Positions 1 to 8,953 are shown, counted from the first letter of the stretch. The stretch: DNA of 64,000 nucleotides from Candidatus Microgenomates bacterium (GCA_016204995.1 JACQJR010000001.1:539034-603033); one strand, 5' to 3'. Made by a program: numbers and translations. The notes: generated from the letters alone by a model not told the origin.

Positions 1-22
1 TCGCCGTCGGCAGACAATTGTA

Positions 23-658
23 ATGGAAATAATCCCCGCTATCTTAACTAATGACAAGCAGGAGCTGGAAGAGAAGATGGCTCGGCTGGCAGGATTAGTT
101 AAAAGGGTACAGATTGATATTATTGATGGAGTTTTTAGCGACAACAAAACAGTTTTGCCGGATGCGCTGGGAAGCATAGAAACTGAATTGTTAATTGATT
201 TCCAATTAATGACCAAAGAGCCAATTGATTGGATAGAACATTGTGTTCGAGGGATGGCGGAGCGGATTTTTGGCCAGATTGAAATGATGAGTAGTCAAGA
301 GGAATTTGTGGGGAAAGTGCAGGAAGTGGGAGCAAAAGTAGGATTGGCTTTAGATTTAGATACACCAATTGAGCGCCTTGATACGGTCATTTTAACTAAT
401 ATTGATGCAGTGTTATTGATGTCAGTTAAAGCCGGATTTGGAGGGCAAAATTTTGATCCCCACATAATTTCTAAAATAAAAGCGTTGGATGAAATTCGCG
501 TGCGGGATAACACGCCGTTTGTAATTTGTGTGGATGGGGGAATTAATGAGGCTAATATAAAAGAGGTAAGACAGGCCGGAGCCGATGAAGTGGCTATCGG
601 CCGGAGACTTTTTGCAGGAGATGTAGAGGAAAATCTTAAGAGGCTGTTAGGCTCTTAG
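23..658 (+). CDS. rpe: ribulose-phosphate 3-epimerase
   Basis: 211-aa ORF; N-terminus MEIIPAILTNDK and length typical of Rpe TIM-barrel; first gene of a pentose-phosphate cluster. Confidence 0.75.
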   Translation: MEIIPAILTNDKQELEEKMARLAGLVKRVQIDIIDGVFSDNKTVLPDALGSIETELLIDFQLMTKEPIDWIEHCVRGMAERIFGQIEMMSSQEEFVGKVQEVGAKVGLALDLDTPIERLDTVILTNIDAVLLMSVKAGFGGQNFDPHIISKIKALDEIRVRDNTPFVICVDGGINEANIKEVRQAGADEVAIGRRLFAGDVEENLKRLLGS

Positions 659-725
659 GTAATTGGGCTTTTGGGTATTTAACCTAAGAGCCAAGGAGCC
701 TAATGCCCTAATAGTCTATATACGC

Positions 726-1331
726 ATGCAAAAGATTAAACAAATTTCTATTTTTGGTTTTGCCGATGCCCAGCGTGATGATCCTTTATACAAGGAAGCT
801 TATGAAGCGGCGCAAGTTTTGGCACAAGCAGGCTATGTCATTATTAATGGCGGTGGACCCGGGGTGATGCGGGCAGCTAGCGAAGGCGCCAAAGCCGTGG
901 GCGGTAAAACCATTGGGGTGACTTTTTATCCCCAGGATATTTCCCATTTTGAAGGCCGAGACCCGGATAATCCAATTGATCAGGAAATTGTCACTCAAAA
1001 TTATCTGGAGCGGACTTTAAAGCTTTTGGAATTAGGTGATGCCTATTTAATTTTCAAAGGCGGGACAGGGACTATTTCCGAATTTGGCATGGCCTGGGGA
1101 TTGGCGAGACTTTATTTTGGTCATCATAAGCCTTTAATTTTATACGGTAAGTTTTGGGAAGAAATAATTGCCTCTTTTATCAATAATATGAGAATGCGGC
1201 CGGAGGAAATGAAAGTCTATCGGATAGTTAGTAATCCTAGAGAGTTATTGGAGGCGATTGAATTATTGGAAGACTTTGCTCCACATGATGGACATTTGGC
1301 TAATGATCACGAACGAGCATTTCAGCTATGA
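726..1331 (+). CDS. LOG-family (TIGR00730 / lysine-decarboxylase-like) Rossmann-fold nucleotide-binding protein
   Basis: INGGGPGVMRAASEGA and GGKTIGV motifs characteristic of the LOG family; ORF-track start 663, but the internal Met at 726 (MQKIKQISIFGF) fits the family N-terminus better. Confidence 0.65.
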   Translation: MQKIKQISIFGFADAQRDDPLYKEAYEAAQVLAQAGYVIINGGGPGVMRAASEGAKAVGGKTIGVTFYPQDISHFEGRDPDNPIDQEIVTQNYLERTLKLLELGDAYLIFKGGTGTISEFGMAWGLARLYFGHHKPLILYGKFWEEIIASFINNMRMRPEEMKVYRIVSNPRELLEAIELLEDFAPHDGHLANDHERAFQL

Positions 1332-1356
1332 ATGACCAGATAACCAGGATACTCGG

Positions 1357-1428
1357 AAAACTCGGAGAACCAGAATATCAGAGAAATCTGATGCTCTGAT
1401 TATCTGATATTCTGGTTCTCCGAGTTTT
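1357..1428. repeat. perfect inverted repeat, 25-bp arms (aaaactcggagaaccagaatatcag / ctgatattctggttctccgagtttt) with 22-nt loop; member of the 'cagaa/ttctg' repeat family
   Basis: read directly; sits between the LOG gene and transketolase N-half; likely transcription terminator/attenuator hairpin; related copies at 27996-28090 and inside a CDS at 37311-37430. Confidence 0.8.
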
Positions 1429-1452
1429 CTGATTTTTCTGATTCTCTGAAAT

Positions 1453-2295
1453 ATGACTATCAAACAGTTAGAACAAAAAGCTAATGAAATCAGAGAAGAC
1501 ATTATTAATATGTTGGTAGCTGCTGGTAGCGGTCATTCGGCTGGTCCCTTGGGCATGGCTGATGTTTTTACCGCTCTCTATTTTCAAGTTCTAAATCATA
1601 AGCCCAAAAATCCCGATTGGCCAGAGCGCGACCGCTTAATTTTATCCAATGGTCATATTGTGCCGGTGAGATATGCGGCAATGAGCGCCGCCGGTTATTT
1701 TCCCAAAGAAGAACTATTAACTTTGCGCAAACTGGGCAGTCGTCTGCAAGGTCATCCGGAGAGAAGAAGATTGCCTGGCGTAGAAACCACTTCCGGCCCC
1801 TTGGGATCGGGTCTGGCCCAGGCAGCAGGTTTGGCCTATGCCGCCCGCATGGATAACCAAAAATTCAGAGTGTATTGCATTTGTTCTGACGGTGAGCATG
1901 ATGAGGGTAATCATTGGGAAGCAGTCCTTTTCGCTGCGAAAAGTAAACTGGCCAATTTAACCGCCATTATTGACCGTAACAATATTCAAATTGACGGCCA
2001 TACGGAAGATGTTATGCCGCTGGAGCCACTAACGGCTAAATATGAAGCTTTTGGCTGGCATGTTTTGGATATTGACGGCCATAATATGAAGGAAATTATT
2101 GATGCCTGTCATCATGCCAAGAGTATTTTTGAAAAACCCACCGTCATTATTGCCCACACCATTCCCGGTAAAGGCGTGTCTTTTATGGAAAATCTGCCCG
2201 AATGGCACGGCAAACCTCCTAGCCGCGAAGAAGCCCAAAAAGCTTTGCATGAATTACGGACACTAGGCGGGAGAATTAGGAGTGAGCATGAATAG
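1453..2295 (+). CDS. tkt: transketolase, N-terminal (TPP-binding) subunit of a split transketolase
   Basis: 280 aa; GSGHSAGPLGMADV TPP-binding signature; ends before the Pyr domain, which is encoded separately at 6234-7235. Confidence 0.85.
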   Translation: MTIKQLEQKANEIREDIINMLVAAGSGHSAGPLGMADVFTALYFQVLNHKPKNPDWPERDRLILSNGHIVPVRYAAMSAAGYFPKEELLTLRKLGSRLQGHPERRRLPGVETTSGPLGSGLAQAAGLAYAARMDNQKFRVYCICSDGEHDEGNHWEAVLFAAKSKLANLTAIIDRNNIQIDGHTEDVMPLEPLTAKYEAFGWHVLDIDGHNMKEIIDACHHAKSIFEKPTVIIAHTIPGKGVSFMENLPEWHGKPPSREEAQKALHELRTLGGRIRSEHE

Positions 2296-2815
2296 TGAGT
2301 ATATATTAAAATCTAGATTGGTCACTCCTATAATTTTAGCTAAAGATTTTATATTGATTTTAATAGTCATAGTCTTGATTTATTATGCAGCACCTCAAAT
2401 TTTAAATAGAGATAGGTTATGGCTTATCCTGATAGCACCTATTTTATATCTACTTACGATCTCTATGAGAATTAGTTCTAAGATTGTTTTATCCGATTCT
2501 CAGTTAGACTTTAGCAAGGAGGTGGCTACTGTTTTTGTATGGCCAGGATTAGGCTCCACCTACAAAGAAGTTTTAGATATTAAAGATATAGTTCAAATAA
2601 AGAAAAATTTCAAAGTAGTAACTATGAGGGGTTGGTATATGTGGTGGACTTTAGATTTGGTTCTAAAAGACGGCAAGCATAAGTCAATTAATTACTATTG
2701 GTATAAAAAGCAGGAATTAGGCAAACTTTTAAGTTTAATTATTACAAATAATCCACGAATAAAGGTTGATAGTTTTACTCAAAATCTAATTTCCACTTTT
2801 AAATTTACCCAATAA
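2282..2815 (+). CDS. hypothetical membrane protein (C-terminal STFKFTQ)
   Basis: 177 aa, GTG start, hydrophobic N-terminal half; last 23 nt identical to the end of ORF 3882-4190. Confidence 0.35.
   Translation: MSMNSEYILKSRLVTPIILAKDFILILIVIVLIYYAAPQILNRDRLWLILIAPILYLLTISMRISSKIVLSDSQLDFSKEVATVFVWPGLGSTYKEVLDIKDIVQIKKNFKVVTMRGWYMWWTLDLVLKDGKHKSINYYWYKKQELGKLLSLIITNNPRIKVDSFTQNLISTFKFTQ
2792..2814. repeat. 23-bp direct repeat copy 1 (tccacttttaaatttacccaata)
   Basis: identical 23-mer again at 4167-4189; the pair brackets a 1.35-kb segment carrying an RHH-PIN module. Confidence 0.7.
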
Positions 2816-2821
2816 CCAGGG

Positions 2822-2850
2822 CTTGACAATTCTATACAAATTATATACAA
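2822..2850 (+). promoter_or_regulatory. sigma70-like promoter (TTGACA-17-TACAAT) for RHH-PIN operon
   Basis: cttgacaattctatacaaattatatacaat read directly upstream of 2858 ORF. Confidence 0.5.
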
Positions 2851-2857
2851 TAGTTGT

Positions 2858-3106
2858 ATGCAAACACAGACTTTCAATATTGCTTTACCTAAAGAATTAG
2901 TAAAAATGGTAGATAGGACAGCTAAGAAGGAGTATAAGAATCGTAGCGAGCTGATTCGGGAGGCCCTTCGTGTTTATCTTAAAGACCAGGAAGATTGGGA
3001 ACAAATATTTCAAGCAGGAGAGGTAGGAATGAAGAAAATGGGTCTTAAAAACGAGAAGCAAGTAGATAATATAGTTTATGAATTTAGGCACGGCCGTAAA
3101 TTATAG
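2858..3106 (+). CDS. ribbon-helix-helix (CopG/MetJ-type) antitoxin
   Basis: 82 aa; N-terminal beta-strand plus two-helix pattern (FNIALPKELVKMVDRTAKKEYKNRSELIREALRVYL); overlaps downstream PIN gene. Confidence 0.55.
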   Translation: MQTQTFNIALPKELVKMVDRTAKKEYKNRSELIREALRVYLKDQEDWEQIFQAGEVGMKKMGLKNEKQVDNIVYEFRHGRKL

Positions 3107-3503
3107 AGTAGTTCTTGATACCAATATTTTAATTTCCGCCATTGGCTTCGGAGGCAAACCAAGAAAAATACTGCTACTAACTTTAGGTGATAATTTTCAA
3201 GGCGTAACATCCTCTATACTTCTGGCAGAGTTTCATGAAGTTATCATCAAGAAGTTTCCTGAACTGCAAAAAATATTACCAATAGTGGAACGAAAAATTA
3301 GCAAAAAGTTTCTTATAGTAAAACCCAGAAAGACATTGGATATCCTAAAGGATAAAGATGATAACAGAGTTTTGGAAGCTGCTATAGAAGGTAATTGTGC
3401 TTTCATAGTAACAGGCGATAAAGAGTTGTTGAAACTTAAAAATTATCAAGGTATAAAAGTTCTAACAGCAGAAGAATTTTTAAGTGTACGAAGATATTCT
3501 TGA
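3078..3503 (+). CDS. PIN-domain ribonuclease toxin (VapC-like)
   Basis: 141 aa; VVLDTNILISAI N-terminal PIN signature with the first acidic residue, and a later acidic TGDKELL motif; overlaps RHH gene by ~29 nt. Confidence 0.65.
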   Translation: MNLGTAVNYRVVLDTNILISAIGFGGKPRKILLLTLGDNFQGVTSSILLAEFHEVIIKKFPELQKILPIVERKISKKFLIVKPRKTLDILKDKDDNRVLEAAIEGNCAFIVTGDKELLKLKNYQGIKVLTAEEFLSVRRYS

Positions 3504-3530
3504 CAATCCTAAAAATGCTATACTGAATTA

Positions 3531-3785
3531 ATGTACTTCGGCTGGTTCGATTATACTCACCACAACTCCTCTCAGTATCATAGACAGCGTGGATTTGCTC
3601 CAATTTTAATAGTTATCTTATTTATTTTTGGCATTATCTTTTTTATCCCCTGGCCTACTTCTCATACGCATATGGCAGAATGTGTTAATTTGCCTCCTAG
3701 TCAGCGTGCAGTTACAGATTGCGTTGAGAGGGTGTGGAATCCTTCCATTGCTCAACAATTATGGACTTTATTTATTACAAAATAA
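3531..3785 (+). CDS. hypothetical small membrane protein
   Basis: 84 aa ORF with one hydrophobic segment; preceded by extended -10 tgctatact. Confidence 0.25.
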   Translation: MYFGWFDYTHHNSSQYHRQRGFAPILIVILFIFGIIFFIPWPTSHTHMAECVNLPPSQRAVTDCVERVWNPSIAQQLWTLFITK

Positions 3786-3881
3786 AATTCTATATCTACG
3801 AAGGGAATAGACATAACAGACGAAACAGCTAACTGGAAAACATATACAAATCATGGTGTTAGTTTTAAGTATCCTGTTGAT

Positions 3882-4190
3882 TTGGAGGTGTTAAGTGATA
3901 ATGAAAATAAAATCGAATTAAGTAATCCAATATGGAATATAGTTATTCTTTCAGTGCTGTTTACTGAAAATCAATCAACTCTAAGTACCGCTCAAATTCA
4001 AACCAGTTTTATTTTAGATAAAATACCAGCTATTCGATTCAATACTTCGAAAGATAATCGTTTTTATCGTGCTACTATTAAAACTACAGAAAAACCTTTT
4101 ATAGAAATCCAATATTATGTAGATATTACAAATCCTCAACCAGAATTTATTTTTGACAAAATCCTCTCCACTTTTAAATTTACCCAATAG
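3882..4190 (+). CDS. hypothetical protein (C-terminal STFKFTQ)
   Basis: 102 aa; shares only its last 23 nt with ORF 2282-2815. Confidence 0.3.
   Translation: MEVLSDNENKIELSNPIWNIVILSVLFTENQSTLSTAQIQTSFILDKIPAIRFNTSKDNRFYRATIKTTEKPFIEIQYYVDITNPQPEFIFDKILSTFKFTQ
4167..4189. repeat. 23-bp direct repeat copy 2 (tccacttttaaatttacccaata)
   Basis: identical to 2792-2814. Confidence 0.7.
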
Positions 4191-4420
4191 ATCTTGAAAT
4201 GAGTCCTAGGAGTGTGTGGGCGAACTCACATTAAAAGATTATTTATATCAAAATTTCTAGATTCTTTGGCGATTAATTTTTCTTTCCCACTGATATGTCT
4301 TCTCCAGCCTTTGAAAGCTATCGCTCTTTTAAGTTTATGACTTATAGATTTATTTTTATTGCTTAAGACGCTCATCAAAAGTAGTATACTCAAAATATAC
4401 CAAAAGACCTAATGTTAATT

Positions 4421-4479
4421 AGATGTAGTGCTTCTGCAACAACTAACATTAATTGTTGCAGTAAATTGATTTACTGCAA
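4421..4479. promoter_or_regulatory. nested palindromes upstream of Fic gene (tgcaacaa...ttgttgca; ttgcagtaaa-ttga-tttactgcaa)
   Basis: read directly; perfect 10-bp-arm inverted repeat 4456-4479 ~20 nt upstream of Fic start; probable operator. Confidence 0.5.
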
Positions 4480-4500
4480 CAACTGTGGTATATTTATCTA

Positions 4501-5565
4501 ATGACTAAGCCCAACCATCCTAATAAATTACCAGTAGAGATAGACTATGGGCGCATAGCTAAGCTTTTAGCTAGGGCGCAGTATGCCTTAGGCCGCTTAG
4601 ATGGTTTACATAACCAATTAAAAGAGCCGAATTTGATTCTTGCCCCTCTTACTACTAAGGAGGCTACAGTTAGTTCTAAAATAGAAGGAACACAAAGTTC
4701 AGTGAGGGATGTATTTTTGCATGAAGCTGGCGAGAAAACTAGATTCACTGATGTGGTGGAGGTTTCAAATTATAAAGAAGCTATGCAGTATGCAATTGAG
4801 GAATTAGAGGCTAGGCCATTAGTTCTAAATTTAATAAAAGAAATCCACGAGATTCTCTTAAGAGGAGTAAGGGGGAAAGGTAGAAAAGGGGTTTTTAGAG
4901 ATGATCAGGTCTGGCTTGGACAAGAAGGGGACCCAATAGAGAAGGCAACATATGTTCCGCCAGAGCAAAATTTAGTAGATGAATATATGACAAATCTTGA
5001 AAAATATATTCATTTTGAAAATGAAGATGTTTTGATACAAGCAGCTTTAATCCATTATCAATTTGAGGCCATTCACCCATTTAATGATGGTAATGGTAGG
5101 ATTGGAAGATTACTTATTCCGCTATTTTTGTATTATAAAAATAAGATTACATTACCAATTCTTTATCTAAGCGGATATTTTGAATCGAATAAAGATGCAT
5201 ATCTTGATGCCTTACATAAAGTAGATATTGATAATGACTACAATAATTGGATTCAATATTTTCTAAATGCCGTGATAAAGCAATCAGGCGAAACACAGAA
5301 ACTTATTGAAAAAATACTCAACTTAAATGAAGAAACGGCTAAAAAGGTGGAAGATATTAAGTCTCCTTATATTTCAAGAATAGTGGAATTTTTGTTCAAA
5401 AAACCCATATTTAATGTACCTATGTTGACGGAAGAAATATCAGCCCATAGGTCAACTATGATCCGTCTAGTAGAAGAATTAATAAGATTAAATATTTTAA
5501 TAGAGATAAAGTTAGAAAAACATAAACGCACATTTGTTTTTACAGACTTAGTGAAGATTCTTTAA
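4501..5565 (+). CDS. Fic/Doc-family protein (Fido domain, C-terminal winged helix)
   Basis: HPFNDGNGRIGRLL = canonical Fic motif HPFx[DE]GNGR; upstream SSKIEG matches the (S/T)xxxE(G/N) inhibitory motif. Confidence 0.85.
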   Translation: MTKPNHPNKLPVEIDYGRIAKLLARAQYALGRLDGLHNQLKEPNLILAPLTTKEATVSSKIEGTQSSVRDVFLHEAGEKTRFTDVVEVSNYKEAMQYAIEELEARPLVLNLIKEIHEILLRGVRGKGRKGVFRDDQVWLGQEGDPIEKATYVPPEQNLVDEYMTNLEKYIHFENEDVLIQAALIHYQFEAIHPFNDGNGRIGRLLIPLFLYYKNKITLPILYLSGYFESNKDAYLDALHKVDIDNDYNNWIQYFLNAVIKQSGETQKLIEKILNLNEETAKKVEDIKSPYISRIVEFLFKKPIFNVPMLTEEISAHRSTMIRLVEELIRLNILIEIKLEKHKRTFVFTDLVKIL

Positions 5566-5582
5566 AGAAGGAGAGCAAATAT

Positions 5583-5654
5583 ATGTCAAAAATTAAAATC
5601 TATTTTGATAAAAAGGGGCGGACTCTTAGTGTCTGGTTTGATGATCCCAATTGA
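5583..5654 (+). pseudogene. 23-codon remnant resembling the N-terminus of DUF2283 antitoxin-like proteins
   Basis: MSKIKIYFDKKGRTLSVWFDDP then stop; compare intact DUF2283-like ORF at 32435-32635 (MKVKYYKKDDLLVIELS). Confidence 0.25.
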
Positions 5655-5668
5655 GCTTAAAGTTACTT

Positions 5669-5709
5669 AGTCACAAATTTGTTGGTAGAAAGTGACTATT
5701 TTTTTTTTG
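5669..5709 (+). terminator. rho-independent terminator (agtcac...gtgact + T10)
   Basis: 6-bp stem, 17-nt loop, followed by run of ten T. Confidence 0.45.
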
Positions 5710-5839
5710 AAAAAAATTAATTTCAAAAACTGCTAATTTTTTAGCCTCGTTTTGTGCGAATTAAACTATTGACAAATGTGAAATAATTCTTCAATCTTAA
5801 TGATGTACCGTATGTTTTACTGACGGACAAAAACCAGCG

Positions 5840-6196
5840 ATGCCTGCAGGACGATATCACATCATTATCCACGCTAATGGCGTAAATAACGATAGCCTCA
5901 CAGATAAAGAAGGTCTAACTAATTTTCTCAATATTCTTCCCGGAAAAATTAACATGAGTATTTTAAATCCTCCGGTGGTAGTGGAAGGCATTCCGGCAAA
6001 TCCCGGACTGTCCGGTTTTGTCATTATTGATTTTTCCCATATCTCAATTCATACCTTTACCGAGTACAACCAGGTGATGGTGGATATTTTTTCTTGCAAA
6101 CCATATGATCAAGAAGACGCCACCCAAGCGGTGTTAGATTACTTCCAAGTGCCCCGTGAGCAGGCGATGGTGGAAAAGGTTTATTGGGGGGAGTAG
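5840..6196 (+). CDS. speH: S-adenosylmethionine decarboxylase proenzyme, small bacterial/archaeal type
   Basis: 118 aa; GLSGFVIIDFSHISIHTFTEY...VDIFSCKPYD aligns with Bacillus/Thermotoga SpeH ([20 protein letters not shown]...DVYTCGD) including the Ser that becomes pyruvoyl. Confidence 0.65.
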   Translation: MPAGRYHIIIHANGVNNDSLTDKEGLTNFLNILPGKINMSILNPPVVVEGIPANPGLSGFVIIDFSHISIHTFTEYNQVMVDIFSCKPYDQEDATQAVLDYFQVPREQAMVEKVYWGE

Positions 6197-6233
6197 AATA
6201 GACTCTAGATATTAGAGTTTAGATTTTAGAACT
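6197..6233. repeat. 'tagaa/ttcta' simple-repeat spacer (tagactctagatattagagtttagattttagaact)
   Basis: read directly; same family as 9941-10010, 22662-22705, 29128-29200, 47403-47520. Confidence 0.6.
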
Positions 6234-7235
6234 ATGCTAAATGCCTCTGCCCACCTTTCTTCGCACATTTTTTCTGCTGATATTGAAAAGATTGCCACGC
6301 GTCAAGGATATGGTGAGGGTTTGGTGGAGGCGGGAGAGAAAGATGAGAATATAGTGGTGTTATGCGCTGATTTGACCGAAAGCACCCGTTCTAATTTATT
6401 TGCTGAAAAATTTCCCGACAGGTTTATTGAAGTGGGAGTAGCAGAACAATTAATGGCGACCCTAGCAGCAGGGATGGCTAATTATGGCAAAATTCCCTTT
6501 ATCTCTTCCTATTCGGCTTTTTCGCCCGGCCGTAACTGGGAACAAATCAGAACCACCATTGCTTTAAACGATGTGCCGGTAAAAATTGCCGGCGCCCATT
6601 CGGGAATTTCGGTGGGGCCGGATGGAGCCACTCACCAGCAACTTGAGGATATTGCCATGATGTCCGCCATGCCCAATATGATAGTGGTGGTGCCAGCCGA
6701 TAGTGTGGAGGCTAAAAAAGCCACTCTGGCCATTGCCGAAAATGGCAAACCTTCCTATCTTCGTTTTGCCCGCCACAATTCTCCCCTTTTTACGACCAGC
6801 CAAACTCCTTTTAAGGTGGGCCGCGCCGAGATTTTCTGGCAAAGTAAAAAGCCGGAAGTAGCGATTATTGCCTGCGGCCCTCTAGTCTATGAAGCATTGC
6901 TGGCGGTCAAAGAATTGGAGGAGAATGGGATGGGGAGCATAGTGGTTAATAACCATACCGTTAAACCACTTGATGAACAAACTCTGGCCCGGGTTGCTAA
7001 AATTTGCGGCTGTGTAGTAACAGTGGAAGAACATCAAATCCAAGGAGGTTTGGGGGCGGCAGTAGCTGAAGTTTTAGCGCGTAGTTTTCCAGTGCCGATA
7101 GAATATGTGGGAATGCCTGATAGTTTTGGTGAGTCAGGCGAGCCAGAAGAACTTTTGGAAAAATATGGTATGACCGCCTGTTATATAATGGAAAAGGCCA
7201 AACTGGTAATTGGCCGAAAAAATCATGGAGATTAA
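6234..7235 (+). CDS. tkt: transketolase, C-terminal (Pyr + C-terminal domain) subunit
   Basis: 333 aa; EVGVAEQLMATLAAGMA... pyrimidine-binding domain signature; partner of 1453-2295 but separated by a 3.9-kb insert. Confidence 0.85.
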   Translation: MLNASAHLSSHIFSADIEKIATRQGYGEGLVEAGEKDENIVVLCADLTESTRSNLFAEKFPDRFIEVGVAEQLMATLAAGMANYGKIPFISSYSAFSPGRNWEQIRTTIALNDVPVKIAGAHSGISVGPDGATHQQLEDIAMMSAMPNMIVVVPADSVEAKKATLAIAENGKPSYLRFARHNSPLFTTSQTPFKVGRAEIFWQSKKPEVAIIACGPLVYEALLAVKELEENGMGSIVVNNHTVKPLDEQTLARVAKICGCVVTVEEHQIQGGLGAAVAEVLARSFPVPIEYVGMPDSFGESGEPEELLEKYGMTACYIMEKAKLVIGRKNHGD

Positions 7236-7974
7236 CAAAATTTTAAAAAATAATCATGGCATGCTACTGGCTTATGACCATGGTTTTGAACATGGACCGA
7301 CAGATTTTGATGAGCGGAGCGTTGACCCGGCCTGGATTATGGATATTGCCGATTCTGGTTTTTTTACCGGGGTAGTTTGTCAAAAAGGCATTGCTGAAAA
7401 GTATTATAATCGTGACAAATATAGCGTGCCTTTAATTGTCAAACTAAATGGCAAAACCGCTTTTCATAAAGATGAGGAGCCGGTTTCTTTGCAAAATTGT
7501 ACAGTGGAGGAAGCTGTTGCTTTGGGTGCAACAGGAGTAGGCTATACCATTTATGTCGGTTCAGAACATGAGCAAACGATGATTGCCGAGTTCGCGAAAA
7601 TTGAAAAAGAGGCCCACCAAAAAGGCCTCATTGTGATTGGCTGGATGTATCCGCGGGGATCACACGTCGCGAGTGATACAGATCGCGACACCTTAGCTTA
7701 TGCCGCCCGTTTAGGATTAGAACTAGGAGCAGATGCCATTAAAATTAAATACACCGGAGACGCGGAAAGTTTTTCCTGGGTGGTTAAAAGTGCCGGGGAA
7801 ACGAAAGTTTTTGTGGTAGGCGGACAAAAAACTGAAACAGCAGCAGAGCTTTATCAAACGGCGAGTGATATTTTGCGAGCCGGCGCCGTGGGTTTGGCCA
7901 TCGGCCGCAATGTCTGGCAGGCGGAAAAACCAATGGAGGTAGCTAAAAAATTAGGAGAAATACTGTATGGATAA
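7210..7974 (+). CDS. class I fructose-bisphosphate aldolase, archaeal DhnA/FbaB type
   Basis: LLAYDHGFEHGP and VKLNGKT motifs of the DhnA family; start may be the Met at ~7225. Confidence 0.65.
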   Translation: MAEKIMEINKILKNNHGMLLAYDHGFEHGPTDFDERSVDPAWIMDIADSGFFTGVVCQKGIAEKYYNRDKYSVPLIVKLNGKTAFHKDEEPVSLQNCTVEEAVALGATGVGYTIYVGSEHEQTMIAEFAKIEKEAHQKGLIVIGWMYPRGSHVASDTDRDTLAYAARLGLELGADAIKIKYTGDAESFSWVVKSAGETKVFVVGGQKTETAAELYQTASDILRAGAVGLAIGRNVWQAEKPMEVAKKLGEILYG

Positions 7975-8953
7975 TTTTGATTTAATCAGTATCGGCGATG
8001 CCTCTTTAGATGTGTTTATTGCTCCGACTGAACATGAAGAACTTTGCACACTGGATCGGGAAAAATGTTTGGTTTGTTTTAACTACGCTGATAAAATTCC
8101 CGTTCGCGATTTAACTTTTTCTATGGGAGGAAACGCGGCCAATAATGCGGTGGGCTCGGCTCGTTTAGGAGTAAAAGTAGCTTTGCTTGCCACCTTAGGC
8201 GATGATAAAACGGCAGGTCAAATTATGGACAATGCTCGCACGGAGGGGGTGGATACTACTTTTGTGACTAAACAGGCAGGAGTAATGTCTAATTATTCAA
8301 CGGCTATTATGTACAATGGGGAGCGGACCATTTTTGTTTATCACGCCCCTTACAATTATCAATTTCCCACCTTGCTTCCTGCTGCCCCGTGGGCATATCT
8401 CACTTCCATGGGGGAAGGTTTTGCGCCATTTTATCAGGGATTAATTGACTGGGCGCGAGCTCATGACACTAAAATCGTTTTTAACCCTGGCAGTTTTCAG
8501 ATGAAAGCCGGCATTGATGCTCTGCGTAATTTATTCCCCTTGATTGAAATTTTATTTGTTAATAAAGAAGAGGCAGCTCGTTTGATGGGAGATCACAATT
8601 CTGTTTCGGAAAAACAACTACTAGCCGGCATGGTGCAATTAGGAGCTAAAAAAGCCGTCATTACCGATGGGGCTAACGGCGCCTTTAGCTTTGACGGTCA
8701 AAAATATTGTCGTTCTCAAGTTTTGCCGGTTGATGCTTATGAGCGAACCGGAGCGGGAGACGCCTTTGCTTCAGGTACTTTAGCCGCCTTAATACAGGGT
8801 AAAAGTATGGATGAGGCTCTACTTTGGGGGACAGTTAATTCAGCATCGGTGATCGGTCATGTCGGTCCGCAGAGAGGGCTGTTAAAAAAAGAACAACTAT
8901 CAGAATGGCTAGAAAGAGCTCAATCAAGCGGAGTAAAAGTAGAAGAATTTTAA
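7967..8953 (+). CDS. PfkB-family carbohydrate kinase (ribokinase-like)
   Basis: GGNAANNAVGSARLG and C-terminal GAGDAFASG motifs. Confidence 0.75.
   Translation: MDNFDLISIGDASLDVFIAPTEHEELCTLDREKCLVCFNYADKIPVRDLTFSMGGNAANNAVGSARLGVKVALLATLGDDKTAGQIMDNARTEGVDTTFVTKQAGVMSNYSTAIMYNGERTIFVYHAPYNYQFPTLLPAAPWAYLTSMGEGFAPFYQGLIDWARAHDTKIVFNPGSFQMKAGIDALRNLFPLIEILFVNKEEAARLMGDHNSVSEKQLLAGMVQLGAKKAVITDGANGAFSFDGQKYCRSQVLPVDAYERTGAGDAFASGTLAALIQGKSMDEALLWGTVNSASVIGHVGPQRGLLKKEQLSEWLERAQSSGVKVEEF

Noticed and set aside
1617-2250. Small alternative-frame ORFs inside transketolase N-half (1617-1856, 1717-1914, 2029-2250) and similar internal ORFs in nrdJ, ftsH, the ATPase gene and others
   Set aside because: They are embedded in high-confidence genes and have Arg/Ser-rich, out-of-frame composition. 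No support.
4226-4375. A 49-aa Lys/Arg-rich minus-strand ORF (MSVLSNKNKSISHKLKRAIAFKGWRRHISGKEKLIAKESRNF...) in the Fic upstream region
   Set aside because: No convincing SD or promoter. It is probably a chance ORF in an AT-rich intergenic region.
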